A DNA stretch of 64,000 bases from Spirochaetia bacterium (GCA_963666985.2 CAXXIA010000001.1:1248001-1312000); one strand, 5' to 3'. Positions 1-10,452 are shown, numbered from the stretch's first letter. Notes: a model not told the origin generated them from the letters alone. Numbers and translations: made by a program.

Positions 1-1352
1 GGTGAAACGGCCGCAAGCTTTTTCAACTCGGCCGGAGCGAACTCGGTAATGTCCGGAAGGGAGATAATCCCTTTAAAATTCCGCGGATCGTCCGTATGGA
101 ACACTCCGTGGGAACTGCGGATATTGAGATTCAGGATTCGGCGGATTTTGTCTATTCGGTTCCAAATTTCTTCCAAATCCATGCCCTTGGCGATGTGATC
201 GATAACGATACCTTCGTCCACGGGTTTGATGCCGACCTTGAAGCGGTCTTCCACATGGCTCTTTTGCAGTCCGGTGACTTCCGTAATGAATGATTCTTCT
301 TCGCTTTCCGCTTCCGGAGAGGCTCCGCTGAAATCGTCTCCGAGACGTCCGGAAACAAGGGCCAGTTCGATGATGCGCGTAAAATAGCCGTTGATGCTCT
401 GTTCGTCCCATCCGTTTAGGGGCGTGGAGTCCAGAAAAGAGGGAATAACCGGCTTTTCCCTATGTCTGGGCAGGGGATGAAAAAACCGCGTGTTTTTCGG
501 GAGCCGGGCTAAAAACTCTTCTCGAAAGGTTACCGAACGTCTGAGCTCCGCTTCGCGGTCCCTCACCTCATCTCCCATGCGTTCCAGCTGAAGCCTGGTG
601 AAGTACCACGTTGTGCTCACCTCGCCGGATTTGAGGTATTCCTCGATGCTTTCCCACTCGCGCACCTCGAATCCGTTTTCTTCCATCCGGGATTTATAAA
701 CGTCGGGAAGAGCCAATTCCTCGGGCGCGACAAGATCCACCGTAACGGACCGAAACGCCCGAAGGCCGTCCGCCTTGGAATGAACGGTCCGTCCGTGCCG
801 AAGATCACCGATAAGGGCAACGTGGATTCTTGAATCGTCCCAGCCTGTGTGCTCAAGAAAGGTGAACTCATCGAGGAACTCCTGCGTGGGATGCTCATGG
901 CGTCCGTCGCCCCCGTTGATGAAGATGGGATGCTCCCGGCCGAGCTTATCCGCGTATTCGCCGATCTGTTCCTCCAGAGCGCGGCAGACGCCTTCCATGC
1001 TGGTTCTTAAGATGAAGACGGAACGCCGGCTGTATCCGAAAAGCATTTTCACCGTGTCGACGATGCTCTCGGACTTTTTGAATGATGAGGAATTCGCATC
1101 GAAGACGTTGAGCTTCACGTCGTGGAAAAGAGCGGCGTTCCGAAAGGATTCCTTGGTGCGCGTGGAATCTTCAAGGAACATCAGGTATACGCCGAGTTCC
1201 GGATCGTGAATGCGATAGGGCTCCAAATCCCCATTGTTCAACCAGGCTTCTTTCAGTTCGCGGGTTTTGCCGTACAGGTAGCGCTGTTCGTCAACGCTCA
1301 GATCGCCCGCGACGGCCAATGTCCGCCCGGAGAAGGGATTCTTTTTTTGCAT
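1..1352 (-). CDS. pyrBI: Bifunctional aspartate carbamoyltransferase catalytic/regulatory fusion (PyrB-PyrI), 3' end runs off the window
   Basis: Absent from the ORF track (truncated). Manual translation from ATG at 1352: MQKKNPFSGRTLAVAGDLSVDEQRYLY..., STRTK carbamoyl-phosphate motif, HEHPTQ, HPLP, then PyrI-like GIKPVDEGIVIDHIAKG...; same layout as the Thermotoga/Treponema fused enzyme. Confidence 0.93.
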   Translation of the reverse strand, partial: MQKKNPFSGRTLAVAGDLSVDEQRYLYGKTRELKEAWLNNGDLEPYRIHDPELGVYLMFLEDSTRTKESFRNAALFHDVKLNVFDANSSSFKKSESIVDTVKMLFGYSRRSVFILRTSMEGVCRALEEQIGEYADKLGREHPIFINGGDGRHEHPTQEFLDEFTFLEHTGWDDSRIHVALIGDLRHGRTVHSKADGLRAFRSVTVDLVAPEELALPDVYKSRMEENGFEVREWESIEEYLKSGEVSTTWYFTRLQLERMGDEVRDREAELRRSVTFREEFLARLPKNTRFFHPLPRHREKPVIPSFLDSTPLNGWDEQSINGYFTRIIELALVSGRLGDDFSGASPEAESEEESFITEVTGLQKSHVEDRFKVGIKPVDEGIVIDHIAKGMDLEEIWNRIDKIRRILNLNIRSSHGVFHTDDPRNFKGIISLPDITEFAPAELKKLAAVS

Positions 1353-1358
1353 TTCGAT

Positions 1359-2888
1359 TTACTCCAATAAATCTTCCTCGATAAGGCTGGAAGCCGAGAG
1401 CTTGAGAATATCACCTTCTTTACTTTGCGCAAAAAGCGATTTCCCATCGAAAATAATCGCCGTCCACGGTTCCACGGCCTTTTCACTGACAGCCTTTCTG
1501 ACCAATTCCGTATCGAATCTTCCGAGTTTCCATTCACCCCGATCAAGGGTAACAAGATAGATGTCGCTTCCTTTAACGGTCATCAGGCTTCCCGGGAAGA
1601 TATCGTTCTCTCCCTCTTCAACAACCTTCAGAGTGTTTCCGTCCAGAAGCATCGGCCTTACGGAGGTGCCTTCTCCTTCGCGTCCCGCTATAACCAGTAC
1701 GGCATCGGGCAGAAGAATAATGGTCCGTCCCCTAACGGCCGTGACATCGCTGACGGCAAGACGTTTACCGTTTTCAAGATCATATTTCATAACCCGGCCA
1801 TAGGGAATGCCGTCTCCTTCGGCGTCCACGGTCAGGAACCAGACGGGCGTTACCGACTCGGCCGAAACAAACGTGCCTTTCGCCTCTTCACCGCCTTCTT
1901 CCATCAGAGCGTTCTCATCCTCGGCGATGTCCTCGCGCATTTTCATCACATCTTCGGTTCTCTCGTCGATGTCCTGCTGCCGTTCTTGAACCTCTTTCCT
2001 TTCACGCTCGATTTCTTCCCGCTCTTCTTCGAGATTTTCCTTGCGTTCCTCTTCGGCGGGAGTCAGCGCTTCTCCGGATTTCTCTTTTTCCTCGATTTGT
2101 TCAATTTCTTCGGCGACTTTATCTTCACGTTCATCGAGGTCTTCTCTCCGGCTGTCGATGACTTTCTGCTCTTCGTCGATTTCTTCCTCGATGAGTTCCA
2201 CCATGTCGCGGCGGGAATCGAGCCCTTTATCCTCTTCTTCCCGCATTTCATCAATAACCTCATCTTCGGTTATCACGCCGGTGTCGATTTTCGGTTTATC
2301 TCCGCCCCGTAGCGGAATAAGCATCTGAGTTTTACCCGGCCAGTTGGAATAATGCGTATCCAGGCCCATTTTCCCCGGATCAAGTTCTTTAACCACGGGG
2401 GCTTTATAGCGCTCGGCCGCCATCTCCATGTTGCCGCGGTAAACGGCGTTGTAATACGTTACGAACTCGGCAACCAAGTAAGCTTCTCGGGAGGAGAATC
2501 CATACACCGTTTCCAAATATCCGGCGATGATGGTTCGAAGATTATTGATATGATCCACGGCGGCATCCGGTTCCAGAATGAAGATATCGGCGTCCAAACC
2601 GTCGGGAATCTCCGGATTCACGATATGCAGAACACGATATTTGCCTCCCACGGAAGCCTCACCGGAGACATCCCGGTTGATCTGACGTCCGAGTTCGCGC
2701 CCGATGTCGCGGATTTGATCCAGTGTATTGATGAATTCATAAGGACCGACGTAATTGATGAATTTCACCGATTCGTTTCCGACGCTGGCGAGCTCATCGC
2801 GGTCGACTCGAACATCTTCCGCTTGGATGGATGAAATAAAAACGGCGATAAAGACGATTATGATTCCCAAACTCGCGTATTTTTTCAT
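1359..2888 (-). CDS. P83/100-family spirochaetal protein (secreted, acidic coiled-coil centre)
   Basis: Signal peptide; FINYVGP, A-VDHI-NLR-II-GYL, F-T-YNAVYRG, WPGKTQ--IPL motifs of the Borrelia P83/100 family; long E/K/R-rich coiled coil. Confidence 0.85.
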   Translation of the reverse strand: MKKYASLGIIIVFIAVFISSIQAEDVRVDRDELASVGNESVKFINYVGPYEFINTLDQIRDIGRELGRQINRDVSGEASVGGKYRVLHIVNPEIPDGLDADIFILEPDAAVDHINNLRTIIAGYLETVYGFSSREAYLVAEFVTYYNAVYRGNMEMAAERYKAPVVKELDPGKMGLDTHYSNWPGKTQMLIPLRGGDKPKIDTGVITEDEVIDEMREEEDKGLDSRRDMVELIEEEIDEEQKVIDSRREDLDEREDKVAEEIEQIEEKEKSGEALTPAEEERKENLEEEREEIERERKEVQERQQDIDERTEDVMKMREDIAEDENALMEEGGEEAKGTFVSAESVTPVWFLTVDAEGDGIPYGRVMKYDLENGKRLAVSDVTAVRGRTIILLPDAVLVIAGREGEGTSVRPMLLDGNTLKVVEEGENDIFPGSLMTVKGSDIYLVTLDRGEWKLGRFDTELVRKAVSEKAVEPWTAIIFDGKSLFAQSKEGDILKLSASSLIEEDLLE

Positions 2889-3040
2889 TCGGCGGCTCCT
2901 TTGGAATTAAAGATGACGGGCCGTTAAAAAAAATCGCCGAATCACCGCGCGATTCGGCGGCGGCGAACGCCGCCGCACGTTCCGAGACAGCCCGCTAGTG
3001 GACAGTATAGTCATCGGAGGTCCGTCTGTCCGAGAATATT

Positions 3041-4978
3041 TTAAAATCCCATCACTTCACGGACCGCAGAGATTACCGCGGCACGGGCCGAAGCGGAGAT
3101 TTCACTTCGAAGCAGGGCATCCATCAAAGAGTAACCCGCCGAATCGCTGATACGGCCGTTGTAGCGGACCAAATCGGAAAAGGCCCGCGCCGTCTGAACC
3201 GCCAAACGATCATCGGCGGGCATCATCCTAAGATATCGTTCACTCATCAAGCGCATCGAAGCACCGTCCCAGTCAACCCCGATACGTCCCAAGGCGCGGA
3301 ATCCCGAGGCCAGGGCGGCCGGATCTTCCTCAAAAGCAAGGCAATCGAGAATCAATTTTCGCGAACGGAAATCCTCCGAGGCTCCCAAAAGCGTATACGA
3401 GCGGCTCCGGACCACGGAATGAGACTCCAGCGGCTGATTGGAGAGTCCCACATGACGGACCGTTCCCACGGAAACCAGATCTTCCAGAAGCAGATCGGCC
3501 CAGGGAAGATCCTTCTTCATGGAAAAATCCTCCGAATAGCGTTCGAGTTCCCGAATTAAATCCAGCCTTTCCTCGGCATCGTCCGAGACGGCCATGAGTT
3601 CTCTGTAGAAAAATCCGGGATCGCGGCGTGCCTCTTCGCGGCTCATTTTCGGCGTGTCGGCCGATAAAGAACCCGAGCGGCGGGGGCCGCCGCGAAACTG
3701 CATCCATGCGCCTCCCGGAGCTCCGGCGTTCCAGGCATAGAGGATCCAATCCCCGCCGCCCGCTATCAGAACTCCCTCTTTGGTAAGAAGAGGCTCGGCC
3801 AGAACCGATTTCCCGCGAAGGACTCCTTCATGTTCAATGCCGTCTCCGATCGGAATATCGCCGCCGGAAAGGCCGTTCCATCCTCCGCCGGCCGCTTCAC
3901 CGCCTCCCGCATCACCGCCGATCGCCTCTCCGCCGGAATCGATTCCACGGCCCCCCGCGATTTTTTTCTCCGGCGGGATAACCCTGATGCTTCCGTCGGC
4001 CGCCGGGACGAAGAGCGTTCCGTCGTCCGAGGAGGCCGACGGCGCGCCGCCGCTGACGGCGATTCTCCGCTCACCCCGCACATTACCGGCCGAATCGTAT
4101 TCAACGAGTTTCCCGTCGGCCAGAAACACACTTCCACCGCCCTCCTCGTCGGCCAGCAGAGCCGCCACCCGTCCGGTGCCCGGCCTCCCTTCAAAAGCAA
4201 TTTTCACGCCGGCGGGGAATACCTGCCCGGCCGGTCCGCCAGGTCCGCCCAGTTCACCGGAATCACTTGTCCCGGAGGAAGCAGCCCGATGAGAAATCGA
4301 TCTTGCCGACGGCGCTTCAAGCACAACCAGGCGTCCGTTGAATCCTCCGGCCCAAATTCTTTCCAATCCGTCCAGAGCAAGAATGGAAACGGCGGAACCG
4401 AAATTGTATTCCGCGATACACTCTCCCAAGGCATCCAGAGCCAACAGACGTCCGTCGGTGAGCGGAATCCAGGCCGTTCCATCTCCCGTAAGAACCGGTC
4501 CGGCCGAAGCTTCTGCGCTCTCGTCCCGTTTCCAGAGAATCACTCCGCGGCGCGAAACACAGACAATACGTCCGCCCGCAAGGGGCAGAATCAGCCGTCC
4601 GTCCGGAGCCGCGCCCGGCAAGGCCGCAGGCTCGGACCTCATGTTCATTTTCCAGCGGCCCGAACCGCCGGGAGTTACGGCAAAAAGCTCATGCCGGTCG
4701 TTCTGTATGTAAATTGTTCCGTCGGGAGCCGCTAAAAGAAGATTTCGAAGACGGCCGCCGGGCCGATAAATCCAATTCTGATCGCCCGTCAGGGGATTCA
4801 GACTGTGAAGAGCCCGATCCTCCGCGATGATGTAGACATCGCCGCCCGGGCCTTGAGCCGGATACCCGCCGATACTCCCGCCGACGGCATGCCGCCAAAG
4901 AAGTTCCTGAGCGGCCGCCGGCATCGCGGCGAAAAAAGAACTTGCCGCAATCAGAAGCATGGTCCATCGGCTCTTCAT
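3041..4978 (-). CDS. Secreted PQQ-like (BamB-type) beta-propeller protein with helical/HEAT-like C-terminus
   Basis: Signal peptide; repeated G...W propeller blades (DGTIY...LFAV..G..W), W-QFRG--R-SG motif; helical tail. Confidence 0.7.
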   Translation of the reverse strand: MKSRWTMLLIAASSFFAAMPAAAQELLWRHAVGGSIGGYPAQGPGGDVYIIAEDRALHSLNPLTGDQNWIYRPGGRLRNLLLAAPDGTIYIQNDRHELFAVTPGGSGRWKMNMRSEPAALPGAAPDGRLILPLAGGRIVCVSRRGVILWKRDESAEASAGPVLTGDGTAWIPLTDGRLLALDALGECIAEYNFGSAVSILALDGLERIWAGGFNGRLVVLEAPSARSISHRAASSGTSDSGELGGPGGPAGQVFPAGVKIAFEGRPGTGRVAALLADEEGGGSVFLADGKLVEYDSAGNVRGERRIAVSGGAPSASSDDGTLFVPAADGSIRVIPPEKKIAGGRGIDSGGEAIGGDAGGGEAAGGGWNGLSGGDIPIGDGIEHEGVLRGKSVLAEPLLTKEGVLIAGGGDWILYAWNAGAPGGAWMQFRGGPRRSGSLSADTPKMSREEARRDPGFFYRELMAVSDDAEERLDLIRELERYSEDFSMKKDLPWADLLLEDLVSVGTVRHVGLSNQPLESHSVVRSRSYTLLGASEDFRSRKLILDCLAFEEDPAALASGFRALGRIGVDWDGASMRLMSERYLRMMPADDRLAVQTARAFSDLVRYNGRISDSAGYSLMDALLRSEISASARAAVISAVREVMGF

Positions 4979-6252
4979 AATCGCTTCTTCCCGCCGAAAT
5001 AGAGACGGGCGACCGTCTCGACATGCGGCGTCTGCGGATAAAGATCAACCAGGGCGAATTTCGAAAGAACATAGCCCGATGCAATCAGATCCTTGATGTC
5101 TCGGCTTTGAGTAATCGGATCGCAGGATACATAGGTAATCTCCGGGGCGCCCAGTTCCGCCAAGGCGCGCCTGACCGGAGGCGAAAGGCCGGTTCGGGGC
5201 GGGTCGACGATGATGAAATCCGGAACGGGCCTTTCTCGGGATGCCGCCCACTCCTCCAGCGTCGATTTATGAAATTCGCCTTTCGGCCCGACATGCCTTT
5301 TCCAAGCCGCTCCGGCGTTCCCATCCCTATCCACGCCGATAACGGTTCGGAAGCGATCGGCCAGAAAGGCGCCGAAAAGGCCCACCCCGCCGTAAAGATC
5401 CAGCGCGACATCTCCCTGAACGCAGGGCGTTTTCCCGCCGCCTGTTTCAAATCCACCGGTTCCTTCCGGTACCGCGCCGCTCACCGAATCAGCCGATGCT
5501 CCTGCATCGGAGCCGGTGCCGCATCCGGCGGAACGACCTTCGGCCCGCCCGCATCCGGCGCCGTCCAAGGCAAAACGCAGCAATTCCGGCAAAGGGCCGA
5601 GATTGGATTGAAAGAACACTCCGGGGGGGAATCGGAAGGTTTTTCCCTCCACAACGGCCGCTGCCTCGGAATCGATTCCCTCAGCCCAAAAGTCCTCATC
5701 ATCACCGAAAACAATGGGCTCCGCTCCCGCCCGAAGAGATTCCGAGGGTTTCATCAGAAACCGATTCACGCCCGGAACGGCCACCGGACAGTGAGGAATC
5801 CGAACCGTTCGATCGGAAGAGAGTTGTCGGAACGAAGCCGTTCCATCGGGAAGAATCAAAGGACGGATACGGGAACGATAAGAGGCGGGGGTTGAGGGGA
5901 TCACCCAAAAATCAGGAATCTCCGCGTTCTCCAGCCCGCCCTGCCGCACCAGAGCTTCCCTGACGATAGCGGCTTTGGATTCCAGCTGCTCGGCGTAATT
6001 CATATACTGCCACCGGCAGCCTCCGCATCGGCCGAAAAGCGGACAGAACGGTTCAACTCGTCCGGGGGAAGCTTCGAGAATGTCCGTAAGACGGCCCCTG
6101 GCCCAGCCCTTTTTACGTTCGGCAACGTCGAAGAGAACCTTTTCACCGGAGAGGACGCCCGGAATAAAAAAAACCGCACCGTCCTTTCGGACAAGCCCGT
6201 CACCGCCGGAAATGAGTTTTTCAACGGTTCCTTCTATACGTCGATCAGCCAT
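4975..6252 (-). CDS. rlmD: 23S rRNA (uracil-C5)-methyltransferase, RlmD/TrmA family with TRAM domain
   Basis: TRAM N-terminus, CPLFGRCGGC Fe-S motif, FFQSN, LDLYGGVG, VDPPRTG, YVSCDP, DLYPQTPHVE. Confidence 0.88.
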   Translation of the reverse strand: MADRRIEGTVEKLISGGDGLVRKDGAVFFIPGVLSGEKVLFDVAERKKGWARGRLTDILEASPGRVEPFCPLFGRCGGCRWQYMNYAEQLESKAAIVREALVRQGGLENAEIPDFWVIPSTPASYRSRIRPLILPDGTASFRQLSSDRTVRIPHCPVAVPGVNRFLMKPSESLRAGAEPIVFGDDEDFWAEGIDSEAAAVVEGKTFRFPPGVFFQSNLGPLPELLRFALDGAGCGRAEGRSAGCGTGSDAGASADSVSGAVPEGTGGFETGGGKTPCVQGDVALDLYGGVGLFGAFLADRFRTVIGVDRDGNAGAAWKRHVGPKGEFHKSTLEEWAASRERPVPDFIIVDPPRTGLSPPVRRALAELGAPEITYVSCDPITQSRDIKDLIASGYVLSKFALVDLYPQTPHVETVARLYFGGKKRL

Positions 6253-6356
6253 AGCTCTATACTAACAGTCTTTACAAAAGGAATATGGTATATAAAAGTG
6301 ATTTCATATATTATGGACATAAATACTAAACCCCTTCATACGGAAGAGGCGCAACA

Positions 6357-7007
6357 ATGACTCGTATTGCGAAACATGCCAAGAGAATATCGGCAAGCAT
6401 CCCGACAATTCGCCGACTCCCGTCCTACCTTGAAGTAGCGTATCGCCACAGTAACGAAGGACACAACGTTATTTCAGGTACGATTATAGCCCAAGAATTG
6501 GATCTTGAAGCCATACAGGTTCGAAAAGATCTTGCCGTAACGGGTATCGTCGGCAAACCCAGGGTGGGTTATCCGGTGAGTGAACTCATTGCGGCCATTG
6601 AAAATTTCTTAAACTGGGATAAAAGCACCAAAGCCGTCATTCTCGGCGCGGGCAACCTCGGCTCGGCCTTGATGGGATACAGGGAACTGAAAAAACACGG
6701 TCTTTCGCTGGTTGCGGCGTTCGACGCTTCTTTTGAAAAAACCGGACCGAGGGATAACGGCGTTACGGTTTATCCCATGTCCGAATTAAAAAGCGTTATT
6801 ACCAAAACACAAGCCGAGCTTGCGATTCTGACGGTTCCCCCCAGAGCCGCTCAGGAAGTCTGCGACGCTTTGGTTGATGCCGGTATCCGCGGGATTTGGA
6901 ATTTTACGAACGTAAAGCTAAAGGTTCCCGATGACGTCTTGGTGCTCAGGGAAGATCTCTCTTCCGGATTCGCGGTTCTGACCGTGCTGCACGGGATTGA
7001 GGATTAA
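6357..7007 (+). CDS. rex: Redox-sensing transcriptional repressor Rex
   Basis: TIRRLPSY, QVRKDL, G-P--GY, GAGNLG-AL Rossmann motif, GIWNFT. Confidence 0.93.
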   Translation: MTRIAKHAKRISASIPTIRRLPSYLEVAYRHSNEGHNVISGTIIAQELDLEAIQVRKDLAVTGIVGKPRVGYPVSELIAAIENFLNWDKSTKAVILGAGNLGSALMGYRELKKHGLSLVAAFDASFEKTGPRDNGVTVYPMSELKSVITKTQAELAILTVPPRAAQEVCDALVDAGIRGIWNFTNVKLKVPDDVLVLREDLSSGFAVLTVLHGIED

Positions 7008-7279
7008 CGGGAACTCAGGTTAATCGTCGGCCGCTTCCGCAAGGGCATTAAAATTTCTCCATTTAATACACCCCTTCGCCTCTTCCGATAAAAATCCGTG
7101 CGGCAAGCTGAGACGACTTTAACAAAAGTTTCCCGTCATCTTTCGCGATTTTTCCGTATTTCACGCCGCTCCCGCATGCCCGCGAACCCGGAGCCGGCGG
7201 AGAGGGGCCGGCCCGTATTCCTTACCGCGAAAGGAGTCAGCCATCCGTGGGAATCATGCAGAAAGAAAGCCTGCGGTTG

Positions 7280-8653
7280 TTATTCATCCGCTTCACCGTC
7301 CGAAACCCATCGGCCTTCATAACTTCGTGTTTCCAAAGGTCGCAGGATTGTCGGGATTTTTTCTCCGGCATCCGCCATTCTCTTTTTCAGACGGAATTCC
7401 ATTTTTTGTACAACCTTCGCATACTGCGGAACCGCGATAAGATTCTCCAGTTCCCATGGGTCTGCATAGAGATCGTAGAGATAGGAATCACGGTATTCCT
7501 CTGCCGATTTATCGTTATAAGGATCGCCGGAAGTCGCGACGACACCATATTTCCATCGGTGCGTTCGAACGGCCCGTCCTATCTGAGATTCACTGATTTG
7601 AATGAACACATCGTCGGCCCAGTCATCGGATGATCCGCTGAGAACAGGCATATAAGATTCGCCTTCCATGGATTCGGGAACATCAAGTCCGGCCGCATCC
7701 AGAAGAGTTGCGGGAAGATTTACAAGACTCATCATGTTCTTCACGCAGCCGCCGCCGAAAAAACCGGGACCGGTAACGGCCATGGGAATGCGTATGGAAC
7801 TGTCGTGACCGGACCGCTTGTACTCCTCATTCCGGGTTTTAAAATGACACCCATGATCGCTGGAATAAGCAATAATCGTTTTATTATCCAGCCCGAGACT
7901 TTTAACCGCATCCAGCATTCTTCCGAAAGCCTCGTCGATTCTTTTGACCATACCGAAATATCCCCCGATTTGCTGATGCGCCGTACCGCCCAACGCGGCC
8001 AGATCGGGAGGCATCCATCTGCCGGTAAATTCTTCCGCGCAGCCTGTGGGCGCCGGGTAATGATCGCGGGTATTCTGAAAATGAGGCTCCAGCAAAGAAA
8101 CCATGAGAAAAAACGGTTTCTCTTTGTTCTTGTCGATAAAACGGATTCCCGCATCGACGGTCGCGTCGACACGATATCCGGGAAGCGATACGGGCTTGTC
8201 ATTATTATCGAATAAAACCGTATTGTATTCCTCGGAACAGAATTCCACGAGATCGGCGGCAAGCCAGTATTGATATCCGCCCCGACGATGAGCCGGTACG
8301 GGATGTTGTGGTTCCCCTTCCATGTTCGGTTTAATACCGCCCAAATGCCACTTGCCGATATAACCGGTTTGATAACCGGCCTCGTTAAATGATTTCGCCA
8401 GAGTATGACTGCCTTCCGGAAGGCCGATATGGTTGATGTGTACTCCCGTATTGGTTGCATAACGGCCGGTCTGCAGACAGGATCGGGCCGGACCGCAGAC
8501 CGGCTGACATGTAAACGCATTTTGGAAATGGGTTCCTTCGCGTGCCATTCGGTCGTACACAGGTGTTACATTCAGGGGATTTCCATAAAAAGAGGAGGTA
8601 TCCCAACGCTGCTGATCGGTCAAAAAGATTATGACGTTCGGTTTATGAGACAT
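7280..8653 (-). CDS. Cys-type sulfatase (arylsulfatase-like)
   Basis: Start moved to ATG 8653 (MSHKPNVIIFLTDQQRWD); CGPAR = CxPxR formylglycine motif, GKWHL, SDHG, LYDL--DP-E. Confidence 0.9.
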   Translation of the reverse strand: MSHKPNVIIFLTDQQRWDTSSFYGNPLNVTPVYDRMAREGTHFQNAFTCQPVCGPARSCLQTGRYATNTGVHINHIGLPEGSHTLAKSFNEAGYQTGYIGKWHLGGIKPNMEGEPQHPVPAHRRGGYQYWLAADLVEFCSEEYNTVLFDNNDKPVSLPGYRVDATVDAGIRFIDKNKEKPFFLMVSLLEPHFQNTRDHYPAPTGCAEEFTGRWMPPDLAALGGTAHQQIGGYFGMVKRIDEAFGRMLDAVKSLGLDNKTIIAYSSDHGCHFKTRNEEYKRSGHDSSIRIPMAVTGPGFFGGGCVKNMMSLVNLPATLLDAAGLDVPESMEGESYMPVLSGSSDDWADDVFIQISESQIGRAVRTHRWKYGVVATSGDPYNDKSAEEYRDSYLYDLYADPWELENLIAVPQYAKVVQKMEFRLKKRMADAGEKIPTILRPLETRSYEGRWVSDGEADE

Positions 8654-8678
8654 GGTAGTTCCTTTCAATTTGTATAAA

Positions 8679-9509
8679 TCAGCCTTTAACGGAACCGGAG
8701 GTAATTCCGCCGACGATATATTTCTGGGTAAAAATGCAGAGAATGATTCCGGGAACGGCACCGAGTGTCGCCGCGGCGGTCATTTCTCCGTATTGAACAC
8801 TGTAAGATTGTATGAATCCGGCGATTTTAACATTCAGAGTCATCGATGCCGGTGTGGAGGTAAGACTGAGTCCTATGAGAAATTCCTTCCATGCAAAAAT
8901 AAAGCTGAAAAGAGAACCGGTCAGCAGTATGGGGATTGTTAACGGAAGGATTATTTTTCTGAATATGGTAAATCTCGACGCTCCGTCGATCAAACCCGAT
9001 TCTTCAAGTTCCGTCGGAATCTGTTTGTAATAAGCCGACATGAGAAAATAAACAAAAGGAATGTTGAATAACGAATAAACAAGGATTACATAGAGTTTTG
9101 TATCTATCATTCCCAAATTCAATCCGATCATATACAGCGGAATAACGATTGTAATCGCGGGAATAATTTCCAAAGAAAGTAAAACAGTCGAAAGGACTCC
9201 CGAAACGCCTTTTCTCCACGGCATTTTCGTAAGGGAATACGCACCTAACGACGCGAGAATCGTGCAGAGAAACATGGAAAAAACACTGATGATGAGGGAA
9301 TTCCCAAACATCTTTAAAAAATCCGGATTTTCGATAAAAAGAGAACGGTAGTTATCAAGATTCGGCACGAAGCGCAAGGCTGATGTCACGATGTCCTTGA
9401 AATATTTAAAAGACGTTACAACAAGCCACAAAATCGGAATGATCATAATGACAACCGCCAGCCCAAGAATAATATGTGAAAAAATCCGGGAACCTTGGGA
9501 TCGATTCAT
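8679..9509 (-). CDS. Carbohydrate ABC transporter permease (MalG-like)
   Basis: Multiple TM helices, EAA-like loop ELEESGLIDGA, C-terminal GSVKG. Confidence 0.92.
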   Translation of the reverse strand: MNRSQGSRIFSHIILGLAVVIMIIPILWLVVTSFKYFKDIVTSALRFVPNLDNYRSLFIENPDFLKMFGNSLIISVFSMFLCTILASLGAYSLTKMPWRKGVSGVLSTVLLSLEIIPAITIVIPLYMIGLNLGMIDTKLYVILVYSLFNIPFVYFLMSAYYKQIPTELEESGLIDGASRFTIFRKIILPLTIPILLTGSLFSFIFAWKEFLIGLSLTSTPASMTLNVKIAGFIQSYSVQYGEMTAAATLGAVPGIILCIFTQKYIVGGITSGSVKG

Positions 9510-10396
9510 GACGCATCACTCCTTCTGTTCACGACATACTGCAGAACAAAAAACAGAACCAGAATGACGAAAATCGTTATCAGAGACAGAGCGCTTCCAT
9601 ACCCCATACGCTGCTGTGTCATAAACACCTTTTGTGTATAAGTATTGATGATTTCCGTGGCATTTCCGGGTCCTCCGCCGGTCAGGACATAAAAAAGATC
9701 AAAACCTTTAAAGGCGTGAATCATTCGAAAAACCAATGCGATAAACAGAATGGGCATAATCAGAGGAATTATAATCTTGAAAAGCATTCCGGTTCGCCCG
9801 CATCCGTCGATTTGTGCGGCTTCGATAATGCTGTCGGGAATGGTTTGAAGTCCCGCATACAGGATCAGCATGTTGTAACCGACCCATTGCCAAACCGTTA
9901 CAATCATTATACCGGCCAAAGCAAATCTCTCATCGGAAAGAATGCTTTGAGGAGGCAGACCCAAAGCCGTCAGTCCTTTGTTTAAAAGCCCGAATTGAGG
10001 ATTAAGAATCAGTTTCCACATGGTTCCGTTGACAACGGGAGGTATAAGAAAGGGAATCAGAAGCACCGTTCTATAGAAAATTGTCATTTTCTTGAGCGAA
10101 TTGATCTTCAGGGACAGAAACAGTCCGAGAGAAACCTCGATAACCACGGAAAAAAACACATATACCAGTGTGTTCCGGAAAGACTGCAGAAATACGGGAT
10201 CGTGCAGAACCTCCCTGTAATTCTTCAATCCGACGAAACTCATTGTCTGCCGTCCGGAGACAATCCTTACATCCGACAGACTCATTTTCGCAAGACCGGC
10301 GAGAGGAAGCATCGCAAGGACAAGAAGAAGGACCAGAAGCGGCAGAAGCGATACATACTTAAAGGCCCGATCCCCTTGTGATAGTTGATTATTCAT
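9506..10396 (-). CDS. Carbohydrate ABC transporter permease (MalF-like)
   Basis: FVGLKNY, EAAQIDG loop, LTGGGPG. Confidence 0.92.
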   Translation of the reverse strand: MNNQLSQGDRAFKYVSLLPLLVLLLVLAMLPLAGLAKMSLSDVRIVSGRQTMSFVGLKNYREVLHDPVFLQSFRNTLVYVFFSVVIEVSLGLFLSLKINSLKKMTIFYRTVLLIPFLIPPVVNGTMWKLILNPQFGLLNKGLTALGLPPQSILSDERFALAGIMIVTVWQWVGYNMLILYAGLQTIPDSIIEAAQIDGCGRTGMLFKIIIPLIMPILFIALVFRMIHAFKGFDLFYVLTGGGPGNATEIINTYTQKVFMTQQRMGYGSALSLITIFVILVLFFVLQYVVNRRSDAS

Positions 10397-10411
10397 ATGA
10401 AACCTCGATGG

Positions 10412-10451
10412 AGAATGCGGGGATTCCCCGCAAGAAGAAACCCCGCATTCT
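10412..10451 (-). terminator. Intercistronic stem-loop between binding-protein and permease genes (mRNA stabiliser/attenuator)
   Basis: AGAATGCGGGG (10412-10422) pairs with CCCCGCATTCT (10441-10451). Confidence 0.6.
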
Positions 10452-10452
10452 T

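Noticed and set aside
6290..6325. Rex operator upstream of rex
   Set aside because: AAGTGATTTCATAT is only a poor match to TTGTGAA-N4-TTCACAA
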